NCBI GenBank assembly: GCA_963788395.1
Contig: CAWBGV010000026.1
Coordinates: 137 to 64,136, forward strand
Length of the DNA stretch: 64,000 nt
Source of the DNA: Candidatus Doudnabacteria bacterium
GTDB lineage: Bacteria > Patescibacteriota > Doudnabacteria > UBA920
Direction of reading: 5' to 3'
The notes beneath the pieces were generated by a model that made no database searches, was not told the origin of the DNA, and saw only the letters and a program-made list of their open reading frames with translations. Positions 27,273 to 36,729 of this stretch are shown piece after piece; the first letter of the stretch is position 1, and the number at the start of each line of letters is the position of its first letter. A program made the translations under genes and the position numbers.

Positions 27273-27467
27273 CTATTTATATGGAATTAAGCTTTTTAAC
27301 CGATTATTGGTTTTGCTGAGGACTATATCGCGGCGTTTGTTCTTGGTGGTCTTGCCGGATTCGCGGGAATTAAAGTGGTCTTGTCCGGTACTGCGGGCAA
27401 TCAGTTTACCAGTTCGGGTCTTTCTGATGCGCTTGGCCGTCCCTTTGTGAGTTTTAACTTTAGGCAT
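27273..27467 (-). CDS. rpmI: 50S ribosomal protein L35
   Basis: MPKVKTHKGTAKRIRKTRTGKL… is canonical L35, 64 aa. Confidence 0.95.
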   Translation of the reverse strand: MPKVKTHKGTAKRIRKTRTGKLIARSTGQDHFNSRESGKTTKNKRRDIVLSKTNNRLKSLIPYK

Positions 27468-27503
27468 AGAGGAAGGGGAAATTTTTAATTTTTAAATTAA
27501 TAA

Positions 27504-28010
27504 TTACTTACTGGGTGCTACCGTTATGCTCCAGGTGCCGCCCATGCGTTTTAACGGGACTTCGATTCGGTGGGTGGAGGTAATCATGGTCAGGAAAATT
27601 TGGAGTTGCTGCCGGCCCAGATCGCCATAGGCTTGTTCGCGGCCGCGCATGCGCAATTCAATTTTAACCAAATCCCCGCCGGCTAAAAATTCCATAACCT
27701 TTTTGGCCTTGATCTGCATATCATGTTCGGAAATCCGAACGGAAAGCCATATGGTTTTAACCTCGGTTTTTTTGGTTTTCTTCTTTTGCTGCTGCTCCAT
27801 TTTCTTCTGCTGGTAGCGGAACTTGGCTAAGTCGATAAGCTTAACGACCGGCGGCCGGGCCTGGGGGGAAACTTCGACTACGTCTAAGCCGTTTTCTTGG
27901 GCTAAGACCAAGGCGGCCGAAGTCTTCATAATCCCAATTTGCTGCCCTTCTTCGTTAATAACTCGGACTTCCGGAGCCGTAATTTGATGGTTAACTCTGG
28001 TTCTTAACAA
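27504..28010 (-). CDS. infC: translation initiation factor IF-3
   Basis: …INHQITAPEVRVINEEGQQIGIM…ALVLAQENGLDVVEVSPQARPPVVKLIDLAKFRYQ…VKIELRMRGRE… has both IF3_N and IF3_C. The start is non-ATG (TTG), as is common for infC. Confidence 0.95.
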   Translation of the reverse strand: MLRTRVNHQITAPEVRVINEEGQQIGIMKTSAALVLAQENGLDVVEVSPQARPPVVKLIDLAKFRYQQKKMEQQQKKKTKKTEVKTIWLSVRISEHDMQIKAKKVMEFLAGGDLVKIELRMRGREQAYGDLGRQQLQIFLTMITSTHRIEVPLKRMGGTWSITVAPSK

Positions 28011-28158
28011 TTGAGTGTGTTTATTTCTATGAATTAGTAGAAAAAGTATAACATAAGCCTAAAATTTTGTCATCTTGACTAATGAGACTTTTCGTGCCGT
28101 ATTATGAGACTGAAATAAGTGATGTTATATTATTCTGCTATACTGTAATAGTTGAGTT

Positions 28159-28270
28159 TATAATGAATTATTCTACGGAAGCTACGATAGCTACTACGGA
28201 AAGCTACGGAAGTTGTCGATGAAAACTCTATAGATTTGAAACTACTGCTTCCGTAGAATAATTCATTATA
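28159..28270. repeat. family-B element, empty copy: perfect 24-bp inverted repeats flanking 64 bp
   Basis: tataatgaattattctacggaagc (28159-28182) is the exact reverse complement of gcttccgtagaataattcattata (28247-28270). Confidence 0.85.
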
Positions 28271-28287
28271 AAACCAAGCTTTTCCCC

Positions 28288-28695
28288 GTGAAATCAAAAT
28301 ACAAAATTTATCTTAAACGGGTAACCTCCGGCTTTATCACCGGCGGGGCAGATAACGATCCTTCCGGGATTACCACCTATTCTATTTCCGGAGCCCGTTT
28401 TGGCTTTGGGCAGTTGTGGCTAATGGTTCTGGCCACGCCTATGCTCATAGCGATCCAAAGCATGTGTACGCGATTAGCCCACGTTACCCGCAAGGGGCTG
28501 TCCACAATTTTACGCCAACATTTTTCGCCGTTTATCTCTTGGTCCGCGACAGTGATACTTATCATTTCTAACACTGTGACAATTGGCGCGGACATTTTAG
28601 CCGTATCGTTGGCGTTTCAACTCTTAACAGGAGTAAAACTCGAGTATTCGGATTATCCCCGTGACCATTTTGATTTGGTACATTATGCTTTTTAA
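28288..28695 (+). CDS. NRAMP-family divalent metal transporter, N-terminal part (frameshift ~28670)
   Basis: …GFITGGADNDPSGITTYSISGARFGFGQLWLMVLATPMLIAIQSMCTRL… carries the Nramp DPGN-like motif region. Confidence 0.8.
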   Translation: MKSKYKIYLKRVTSGFITGGADNDPSGITTYSISGARFGFGQLWLMVLATPMLIAIQSMCTRLAHVTRKGLSTILRQHFSPFISWSATVILIISNTVTIGADILAVSLAFQLLTGVKLEYSDYPRDHFDLVHYAF

Positions 28696-29509
28696 AAATT
28701 ACAAAGTCTTTTCCAAATACTTAACGATAATGCTCTTATTTTTTCTCGCCTACATTGTTGCCGCCATATTGGCCCGTCCGGATTGGGGAGATGTGTTAAA
28801 AAGCATTATTATGCCTCAGATTAGTGGCGGAAAAACCTATTATATCGCGGCCGTCGGCATATTAGGAACCACGATTACGCCTTATTTATTTTTTTGGCAG
28901 GTCAAAGAAGAACTGGAAGATCGTCTGACAGTACGGGAAGGGCATATGGAAGCCAGGCACGAAGACGAATTGAACGCGCCCGGTTTCATTTTTTCACAAT
29001 TTATTACTTTATTTATTATTATTGCGGCGGCAGCTGCCATCCATGACGGCGGCGGCAGTATTTTAACCGCGGCCGACGCGGCCAAGGCCTTACAGCCCGT
29101 GGCCGGGAAATTTGCCGTCGACATTTTTGCTATCGGTATAATCGGCGCCGGTTTGTTGGCCATTCCGGTACTGGCCGCCTCCACTGCTACGGTGGTGGCC
29201 GAAACCGCGAAATGGAAGCACGAGAGTTTGAATGATAAAGTCGCGCGCGCCAAAGGATTTTATACTATAATTACCCTGTCGCTGCTGGCCGGAGTGACCA
29301 TTTTAGTGATTGGCATCGATCCGCTTAAAGCCATGTACTATTCCCAAGTTTTAGCGGGAATTTTAGCAGTTCCTCTTATGGTCTTAATTTACCTGTTGAC
29401 CAATGACCGGAAAATTATGGGAGAGTACATGAATGGGTGGTTCGATAATCTGTTTGGAATTTTGGCTATTGTGATAATGGCAGTGGCGGTGGTGTTGATG
29501 TTTGTTTAG
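28661..29509 (+). CDS. NRAMP-family divalent metal transporter, C-terminal part
   Basis: …AAVGILGTTITPYLFFWQVKEE… with multiple TM helices. It is contiguous with 28288-28695 after a 1-nt shift. Confidence 0.8.
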   Translation: MTILIWYIMLFKNYKVFSKYLTIMLLFFLAYIVAAILARPDWGDVLKSIIMPQISGGKTYYIAAVGILGTTITPYLFFWQVKEELEDRLTVREGHMEARHEDELNAPGFIFSQFITLFIIIAAAAAIHDGGGSILTAADAAKALQPVAGKFAVDIFAIGIIGAGLLAIPVLAASTATVVAETAKWKHESLNDKVARAKGFYTIITLSLLAGVTILVIGIDPLKAMYYSQVLAGILAVPLMVLIYLLTNDRKIMGEYMNGWFDNLFGILAIVIMAVAVVLMFV

Positions 29510-29510
29510 T

Positions 29511-29572
29511 AGCGATTAGCGAATAGAGGGAACACTATGTGTCTTCACTATTGCCTATTCGCTATTCACTCT
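29511..29572. repeat. family-A hairpin repeat, copy 2
   Basis: agcgattagcgaatagaggg … cactattgcctattcgctattcactctc. The arms gcgaatag/ctattcgc can pair. It lies directly after the Nramp stop. Confidence 0.75.
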
Positions 29573-29591
29573 CAAAGCTTTTCGTCCCAAT

Positions 29592-31442
29592 ATGAAATTT
29601 TTTCGTACCAATTTTATCGCCATACTGGCTCTTGCCGGGCTTATTGCCTACGGTCTTTTGTATTTATTTCACTTTCCCGCTGCCGCGACCACTACTATAA
29701 AATATATTTTAGCCGTGGGTACGCTGGTGCCGCTCTATAGAATGGCTCGTGATTTGCTCAAGGGACATTTTGGCGTAGATTTAATTGCCATCACTGCCAT
29801 AGTTGGATCTTTTTTCCTGCATCAGTATTTGGCCGGACTGGTTATTCTGTTAATGCTCTCGGGCGGCGAGGCTTTAGAAGATTATGCTTTGGGACGAGCG
29901 CGAAAAGAGTTGAGCGCGCTGATTTCCAACGCGCCGTCAATTGCCCATATTAAACGGACTAGTGGATTAGCTGATGTGGCGGCGGCTCAGGTAAAAGTTG
30001 GGGATGTCTTAGTGCTCAAGCCCGGAGAAATTGCCCCGGTAGACGGGCTGGTAGTTGCGGGCGCTTCGGAAGTTGATGAGTCCGCCTTGACCGGAGAAAG
30101 TCTGCCGCGCCCCAAGAAAGCCGGCAGCCTGGTACTTTCGGGAAGCGTGAATCAGGAAAATCCATTGGAACTTCAGGCCGTGCGGCCAGCCAGCGAGAGT
30201 CAGTACGAACAAATTATTAAATTGGTCAAAGAGGCTTCGGAAAGCCGCGCGCCGGTGGTGCGGCTGGCCGACCGCTACAGTGTTTGGTTTACGGCGGTAA
30301 CTTTTGCGGTGGCCATTTTTGCCTGGCTGATTTCCAACGACCCGATTCGTTTTTTGGCGGTGCTGGTAGTAGCTACGCCGTGTCCGTTGATTTTGGCCAC
30401 GCCGATTGCGATCATGTCCGGAATTTCGCGGGCGGCGGCGCGCGGGATTATTGTCAAAAATGGCGGCGCTCTGGAAACCCTGGCCGAAATTAACGCGTTT
30501 ATTTTTGATAAGACCGGCACGCTGACCCTGGGCGAACCAAAAGTGGTGGAAGTTGTGGCAGTAGAAGGACAAAGCTCGGAAACAATTCTGCATACGGCGG
30601 CGGCGCTCGACCAGCTCTCGGCCCACGTTTTAGCCAGAGCTATTGTCAACAACGCGCGCAAGGCCGGGGCGGCGGCTTTGGAATTTCCGCAAGAATTTAA
30701 AGAGGATTTTGGCGAGGGGGTTCGAGGAATAATTGATCAGACGCGCTATGTCTTTGGCAAACTATCTTTTTTAAAAAATAATGGCGTGGTTATTCCGCCG
30801 GAAACTCAGCAGCGGCACGAGCGGCGACAGAGTGAGGGCAAGATTGCGGTATATTTGGGCCAGCTGAATAATGGTTCGGGCACGTTGCTGGGTAGTGTGA
30901 TACTGGCCGATGAGATCCGGCCGGAAATTAAGGCCATGATTAAAAATATTCACGCCCAGGGCGTAAAGCAAATGGTAATGCTGACCGGCGATAAAAAGCC
31001 GGTGGCCGATAAAATTGCGGGCGAATTGGGCCTGGACGATATTCATGCCGAATGCCTGCCCGATCAAAAAATGGCGGAAATTAAAGACCACCAGCGGCAA
31101 TTCGGCAAAGTCGCCATGGTCGGGGATGGTGTTAATGATGCGCCAGCTTTAGCCGCTGCCGACGTTGGGATTGCTTTGGGCGGTCATGGCAGCACGGCCA
31201 GTGCCGGCGCGGGCGATATTGTAATTACCGTTGATAACTTAGAGCGCGTGGGCGAAGCGTTGGCCATTGCCAAGCGAACGATTGCGATTGCGAAAGAAAG
31301 TATTTTTGTGGGTATGGGCATTAGTATTATTCTAATGTTTTTTGCGGCAGCGGGTTATATTGTTCCCATTGTGGGAGCGGTGCTGCAAGAGGTGGTAGAT
31401 GTGCTGGTGATTTTAAATGCGCTGCGCGTGCTGTTACAATAG
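29592..31442 (+). CDS. heavy-metal P1B-type ATPase lacking an N-terminal metal-binding domain (TPCP TM motif)
   Basis: TGES, ATPCPLILATP, FIFDKTGTLT, MLTGD, MVGDGVNDAPAL. 616 aa with no CxxC/HMA domain. Confidence 0.9.
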   Translation: MKFFRTNFIAILALAGLIAYGLLYLFHFPAAATTTIKYILAVGTLVPLYRMARDLLKGHFGVDLIAITAIVGSFFLHQYLAGLVILLMLSGGEALEDYALGRARKELSALISNAPSIAHIKRTSGLADVAAAQVKVGDVLVLKPGEIAPVDGLVVAGASEVDESALTGESLPRPKKAGSLVLSGSVNQENPLELQAVRPASESQYEQIIKLVKEASESRAPVVRLADRYSVWFTAVTFAVAIFAWLISNDPIRFLAVLVVATPCPLILATPIAIMSGISRAAARGIIVKNGGALETLAEINAFIFDKTGTLTLGEPKVVEVVAVEGQSSETILHTAAALDQLSAHVLARAIVNNARKAGAAALEFPQEFKEDFGEGVRGIIDQTRYVFGKLSFLKNNGVVIPPETQQRHERRQSEGKIAVYLGQLNNGSGTLLGSVILADEIRPEIKAMIKNIHAQGVKQMVMLTGDKKPVADKIAGELGLDDIHAECLPDQKMAEIKDHQRQFGKVAMVGDGVNDAPALAAADVGIALGGHGSTASAGAGDIVITVDNLERVGEALAIAKRTIAIAKESIFVGMGISIILMFFAAAGYIVPIVGAVLQEVVDVLVILNALRVLLQ

Positions 31443-31447
31443 CGCTT

Positions 31448-31783
31448 ATGAGTGATTTTAGAAAAAAAGTTTTAGATTATATTAACTGCGTTCCCCGGGG
31501 GCGAGTGGTCAGCTACGGCCAGGTCGCCGCCGCCTGCGGCAGCCCCCGCGCCGCCCGCCAGGTCGGCGCGATTTTACGCGTCCTGGATTACGCCAAAGAC
31601 AAAACTCCCTGGTGGCGAGTGGTCAATAACCAGGGAATTTTAAGTATTAAAGGCAACTGGACCGCCACCAAAGACCAACAAGCCGCGCTGCTGAGAAAAG
31701 AAGGGATAGAGGTGAAAGAAGATTTTAGTTTGAACATAAACCAGTACCGCTGGTCCGGGGTGGTAAGCCCTGCTTTCATGTAG
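31448..31783 (+). CDS. alkyltransferase-like (ATL) protein, MGMT DNA-binding domain without the Cys acceptor
   Basis: …VPRGRVVSYGQVAAACGSPRAARQVGAIL…TPWWRVVNNQG… PWWRV replaces the PCHRV active site. Confidence 0.8.
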   Translation: MSDFRKKVLDYINCVPRGRVVSYGQVAAACGSPRAARQVGAILRVLDYAKDKTPWWRVVNNQGILSIKGNWTATKDQQAALLRKEGIEVKEDFSLNINQYRWSGVVSPAFM

Positions 31784-31952
31784 ACTCTCCCAGCTCCCTT
31801 TACCTATCCGGGAGCTTTTTGAATTCTTTAAAATCACATTTGACAGCCAATAAGCCTTGTGCGAAAATACGGTATCTTAGGGGACAAAAGTACCAGTTCC
31901 CAAACTCACCCTGAGTCGCACCTAAGAAATTCTGTCGGAGGATGTCAAAGCA

Positions 31953-33119
31953 ATGCGCACGAATATTATTCTTGATCCGACTCGTCTCGGCGACGAAGCC
32001 GAACGTTTGCGGCGAAGTTTGCTCGGTATGATTGTGGGCCAGGATGAGGCAGTTACAGAAGTAACCCTAGCCTATCAAATGTATTTGACGGGCATGAATG
32101 CCCCGAATCGGCCTATCTACAATGTCTTGTTTTTGGGCCCTACCGGATCAGGGAAAACCCGTACAGTGGAAGCCTTAGCAGAAGCCCTGGTCAATAACCC
32201 GCGAGCAGTCATTAAAGTTGACTGTGGCGAGTTTCAGCATGGTCATGAAATTGCCAAATTGATTGGTTCGCCTCCGGGCTATCTTGGCCACCGTGAGACT
32301 CATCCCTTACTTAGCCAGGAAGTTCTGAATAGCTGTCATACTGAGCGGATGAAGATCAGTTTTGTCCTGTTCGACGAAATTGAGAAGGCCAGCGACATCC
32401 TCTGGAACTTGCTTCTGGGGATCCTGGATAAAGCCGTATTAACTTTGGGTGATAACCGCAAAGTTGATTTTTCCAGTGCCATGATTTTTTTGACCGGCAA
32501 TATCGGAGCGGCCGAGATAGCTTCTTTCTTGACTCCCAAACTCGGTTTTAACGCCTGTGAAAGCGTGCGCCAGCAGCACAGTCAATTGGAGACGAACGTA
32601 GACAGCCGGCTTGATGAAATGGCCAAAGAAAGAGCCCGCAGAAAGTTCACCCCGGAATTTGTTAATCGTCTGGACAAAATAGTGGTTTTCAAACCTTTAG
32701 GGTTGGCCCAGTTGAGGCAAATTCTGGATATTGAGTTAGGGATAGTCCAGCAGCGTATCTGGAACCAGGCGGTGGAAAGATCTTTTGTAATCCAGGTGGA
32801 AGAGGCGGCCAAAGATCTGCTGCTACGGGAGGGTACCGATATCCGATACGGCGCCAGGTTCCTCAAGCGCGCCATTGATCGGCTGCTGGTTCAACCCTTG
32901 AGCAACCTTATAGCCACCCAACAGGTTAGCGGGGGCGACATAGTCGAGGTCGGCCATAACCCGGAGAGTCATGGTCTAACTTTCAATAAAATTGGAGAGC
33001 AGGTTGTTCTTCCCGATGCTTCCGGCGCCGTCTCAGATTCCTCTGAGTCTCTGCCCGATGCTTCCGAAAGCGACTGGACGTACTCAGCTGTTGCCTCCGG
33101 ATTTAGAAGCCGGAGGTGA
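31953..33119 (+). CDS. stand-alone Clp/Hsp100 D2-type AAA+ ATPase
   Basis: IVGQDEAVTEVTLAY…FLGPTGSGKTRTVEALAEAL…GSPPGYLGH…FVLFDEIEKASDILWNLLLGILD…FLTGNIG…RFTPEFVNRLDKIVVF. No D1 domain or N-domain. Confidence 0.8.
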   Translation: MRTNIILDPTRLGDEAERLRRSLLGMIVGQDEAVTEVTLAYQMYLTGMNAPNRPIYNVLFLGPTGSGKTRTVEALAEALVNNPRAVIKVDCGEFQHGHEIAKLIGSPPGYLGHRETHPLLSQEVLNSCHTERMKISFVLFDEIEKASDILWNLLLGILDKAVLTLGDNRKVDFSSAMIFLTGNIGAAEIASFLTPKLGFNACESVRQQHSQLETNVDSRLDEMAKERARRKFTPEFVNRLDKIVVFKPLGLAQLRQILDIELGIVQQRIWNQAVERSFVIQVEEAAKDLLLREGTDIRYGARFLKRAIDRLLVQPLSNLIATQQVSGGDIVEVGHNPESHGLTFNKIGEQVVLPDASGAVSDSSESLPDASESDWTYSAVASGFRSRR

Positions 33120-33147
33120 TGCACTAGGTTTTAGTCCAAATAGCCAT

Positions 33148-33177
33148 AGCGTACAATCCCAATTGTACGCTTTTTTA
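33148..33177 (+). terminator. rho-independent terminator
   Basis: 10-bp perfect stem agcgtacaat/attgtacgct, loop ccca, then TTTTTATT. Confidence 0.75.
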
Positions 33178-33316
33178 TTGGCCTTTTCGGATAAGTACTT
33201 CACAGCTCGCAATGACAGGTCACTCGATATTATGGTAACTTGCTGCGGGATAGTTTATTTAATCTTTAAAGAATCTTCAGCACCGGTATGCTATAGTAAT
33301 AGAGAACCCAATTTTT

Positions 33317-35449
33317 ATGCTGGATTTACTAAAAAATTACTTTGGCTACCAAAGCTTTCGGCCGCTGCAGGAAGAGATCATTAGCCATGCTTTAGCGGGT
33401 GGGGACAGTTTGGTTTTAATGCCTACGGGCGGCGGGAAATCTTTGTGTTACCAGCTGCCGGCTTTAACCGGCCAGGGGATTACCCTGGTGATTTCGCCGT
33501 TGATTTCCTTAATGAAAGATCAGGTCGACGCGCTCAATAATAACGGTATCGCCGCGGCCTACATTAACAGTACCCTGGCTCCGGCCGAAATCGCCGAAGT
33601 CCAGCAGCAGGCGCTTTCCGGCCAACTTCGTCTATTATATATTGCGCCCGAACGCCTGGCCTCTTACGATTTTCAGCGGTTTCTTTCCGAACTCAACGTC
33701 AAGCTTTTAGCCATAGACGAAGCCCACTGCATTTCCGAATGGGGCCACGATTTTCGTCCCGATTATCGCAACCTGGCGGCGCTGCGGCGGCAGTTTTTTG
33801 AAGTGCCGGTTATGGCGCTGACCGCCACCGCCACCGAACGGGTCCGGCAGGATATCTTAGAACAATTAGATATGGCCGGCGCTAAAACTTTTATCTCCAG
33901 TTTTAACCGGCCCAATTTAAAATATATAGTTGAGCCAAAAATCCATACCTTCGACCGCTTGCTGGAGTATCTAAAAAAATATCAAGATGAATCTGTTATT
34001 ATTTATTGTTTTTCGCGTAACGATACCGAGCGTCTGGCCGAACGGCTCAATACCAGCGGCTTTTCGGCCGGGGCTTACCACGCCGGGCTGGATGCTCAAC
34101 TCCGCCGCCAGCGCCAGGAAGATTTTATTCGCGACCGCGTTCACATTATTACCGCGACCATTGCTTTTGGCATGGGTATCGACAAGCCCGATGTCCGCCT
34201 GGTCGTGCACGCCGATTTACCCAAATCTATAGAAGGTTATTACCAGGAAACCGGCCGGGCCGGGCGCGATGCTTTGCCCAGCGAGTGCGTGCTGTTTTAC
34301 TCCTACGGCGATACCAAAAAACACTCGCGGTTTTTTGAAGACATTACCGAACCGCTGGAGCAGCAGCACGCCTACGAAAAATTAAAATTGATGGTCGATT
34401 ATTGCGAACAAGCCCAGTGCCGGCGGCGATATTTGCTGGATTATTTCGGCGAGCAGTCCGGATTAACCTGTGAAAATTGCGACCGCTGCCTGCAGCCAGC
34501 CGAAACTTTTGACGCCACCATCCCGGCCCAAAAAATTCTTTCGGCCGTGATTAAAACCGGGCAGCGCTTTGGGGCGGGGCATGTTATTCGCGTGTTGACC
34601 GGTAAAGCCGACGACCGGATCACGCAGTATAAACATCACGACCTGTCCGTCTACGGTATTGCCAAAGACCATTCGCCGGCGGAACTCAAATATATTGTCC
34701 AGCGCCTGGTGGCCGGCGGCTGGCTGGGGGAGCAGCCGGGCATGTATCCAACCTTGTTTGTGACGGAGGCGGGCAAAAAGTTTTTAATTGAGCGTCAAAC
34801 GCTTAACCTGCCAAAGCCGGCCCAAATGCGCCAGGCCAAGCGCGAGCAGACTGTTGACTATAATCAGGAATTGTTCAATGAGCTTCGCGCCGTGCGCCGG
34901 GCCATGGCCGAACGTTTGGGCGTGCCGCCGTACATTATTTTTGGCGACCGCACGCTTCAGGAAATGGCTGCCTACTTGCCGCAGAGCGAAGAATCGCTGC
35001 TAAAAATTTCCGGCGTTGGCCGGCAAAAGCTAGCATCGTTTGGTACAGAATTTTTAACAGCTATTCGGGCCTTTACCCAAACCCATGGACTGGCCGAGAT
35101 TTCCCATACCGACCAATCCGTTTCGGCCTCAGGCGGTTCCAGTCTCACAGCCGGTGCCACTTATGAAGTCACAAAAAAAATGGTTTTGGAAAAATTATCG
35201 CTGGCAGAAATTTCTCAAAGGCGTGGTTTAGCCGCGAGTACTATTATTCAGCATCTGGAAAAATTGACTGAACAGGGTTTGGACATCCTCTATCTTGCGC
35301 CCGTGCCTGAACGTTTGGAAAAAATTAAGCAAGCTTTTGCCCAGTGCGGGGATTTCCCCTTAACTCCAGCTAAAGACTGTTTAGGAGATGATTTTTCCTG
35401 GGACGAACTCCGTTTGGTCAGGTTAATACTGCGCCGCCAGTCCCAGTAG
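33317..35449 (+). CDS. recQ: ATP-dependent DNA helicase RecQ
   Basis: FGYQSFRPLQEEII…MPTGGGKSLCYQLPA…AIDEAHCISEWGHDFRPDY…, Zn-binding C…C..C..C, RQC, HRDC (ELFNELRAVRRAMAERLGVPPYIIFGDRTLQEMA) and an extra C-terminal HTH tail. Confidence 0.95.
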   Translation: MLDLLKNYFGYQSFRPLQEEIISHALAGGDSLVLMPTGGGKSLCYQLPALTGQGITLVISPLISLMKDQVDALNNNGIAAAYINSTLAPAEIAEVQQQALSGQLRLLYIAPERLASYDFQRFLSELNVKLLAIDEAHCISEWGHDFRPDYRNLAALRRQFFEVPVMALTATATERVRQDILEQLDMAGAKTFISSFNRPNLKYIVEPKIHTFDRLLEYLKKYQDESVIIYCFSRNDTERLAERLNTSGFSAGAYHAGLDAQLRRQRQEDFIRDRVHIITATIAFGMGIDKPDVRLVVHADLPKSIEGYYQETGRAGRDALPSECVLFYSYGDTKKHSRFFEDITEPLEQQHAYEKLKLMVDYCEQAQCRRRYLLDYFGEQSGLTCENCDRCLQPAETFDATIPAQKILSAVIKTGQRFGAGHVIRVLTGKADDRITQYKHHDLSVYGIAKDHSPAELKYIVQRLVAGGWLGEQPGMYPTLFVTEAGKKFLIERQTLNLPKPAQMRQAKREQTVDYNQELFNELRAVRRAMAERLGVPPYIIFGDRTLQEMAAYLPQSEESLLKISGVGRQKLASFGTEFLTAIRAFTQTHGLAEISHTDQSVSASGGSSLTAGATYEVTKKMVLEKLSLAEISQRRGLAASTIIQHLEKLTEQGLDILYLAPVPERLEKIKQAFAQCGDFPLTPAKDCLGDDFSWDELRLVRLILRRQSQ

Positions 35450-35510
35450 GCGGAAGGCCTGTTTTTTGGTATGATAGCACTAGGTAAGTAACAGTTCACA
35501 GCTTCAGTTG

Positions 35511-35645
35511 GTCACAAAGCCAAGCCAATTTTTTTGCTGCGGAACTCGCCGCTATATTTATTCAATATAAAGTTGGCTCAGACAGCCTGCCCGCCGACGC
35601 GGTCAAGGCGGGTCCTCGCTGCAAAAATTGCCTTGTCTTTGTGAC
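35511..35645. repeat. long imperfect inverted repeat upstream of msrA
   Basis: gtcacaaagccaagccaatttttttgctgcg … cgctgcaaaaattgccttgtctttgtgac flank ~70 nt that contain a second hairpin (cccgcc…ggcggg). Confidence 0.6.
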
Positions 35646-35687
35646 TAACAAACTGGAGTTGTGAACAGTTCCGAGGAGAATAATTTT

Positions 35688-36234
35688 ATGACAACCACTA
35701 CACAAACAGCAGTCTTTGGCGGCGGGTGCTTTTGGTGCACCGAAGCCATCTTTAAAAGTTTAAAGGGCGTCAATTCCGTCATGCCGGGGTACGCCGGCGG
35801 CAGCCTGCCGAACCCAACGTACGAACAAGTCAGTGGCGGCGCCACCGGCCACGCCGAATCCATCCGGATCGAATATGACCCCGCACTCATCAGCTTCCGC
35901 GACCTCCTGGAAGTCTTTTTTGCCACGCACGATCCAACCACCTTAAACCGCCAGGGTCATGACGTTGGCGAACAATATCGGTCCGTTATCTTTTATTCGT
36001 CCCCGAGAAGAAAAACAGCAGGCCGAACAAATCATTAGGGAATTAACAGATGAAAAAGTTTTTAACAATCCGATTGTGACCCAACTCCAGCCACTCGACA
36101 AATTCTATGAAGCCGAAAACTACCACCGTGACTACTACCAAAATAATCCCGGTAACCCCTATTGCCAAGTAGTCATTAATCCTAAGTTAGCTAAGTTTAA
36201 ACAAAAGTTTGCGGCCCTTCTCAAAGCTTCGTAA
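35688..36234 (+). CDS. msrA: peptide-methionine (S)-S-oxide reductase MsrA, frameshift ~36005
   Basis: [24 protein letters not shown]…GYAGG…[23 protein letters not shown]…[23 protein letters not shown], then in the next frame EEKQQAEQ…[18 protein letters not shown]. Confidence 0.9.
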
Positions 36235-36267
36235 TACATAATTTGAATCATCGGATTACCTACACTT

Positions 36268-36729
36268 ATGAACTCAAAACTTAAAAATTTTTTTACATCC
36301 CTGCGCAAGCCTCGTAATCTGGAGACTCTACTGCTGGTGGTGTTGATTGCGATTTTTGCCGTAACGCTGGTGGCGTTTATTGGCGACTTTGAAAGTCTGA
36401 CCCAGCAGGGCGTACTGACTCCGGTCCACCGGTTAGGTCCGGTTACCCGGTTTTTTCAGCACATTGGCGTTTTGCCCCACCGGCAAATTTTACCACAGCA
36501 AATTAGCAATTGGATGACTTTTAACTATATTAATAAAGTTTTTAATTTACCTCCGGATTATTTAAAAACCCAACTCAGCATTACCGACTCTCGCTACCCG
36601 CGGCTGAGCATAGAAGATGCCGCCTCGGGCAAACACGAGGATTCCAATTTGCTGGCCGAACAGATTCGGGCTTTGGTATCAACCTATTTACGACAAAGCC
36701 TGCGGGTTCGAATGGAGCCGGCCGCATGA
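36268..36729 (+). CDS. hypothetical membrane protein
   Basis: 153 aa with one TM (LLLVVLIAIFAVTLVAFIG). Its stop overlaps the DedA start (ATGA). Confidence 0.55.
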   Translation: MNSKLKNFFTSLRKPRNLETLLLVVLIAIFAVTLVAFIGDFESLTQQGVLTPVHRLGPVTRFFQHIGVLPHRQILPQQISNWMTFNYINKVFNLPPDYLKTQLSITDSRYPRLSIEDAASGKHEDSNLLAEQIRALVSTYLRQSLRVRMEPAA

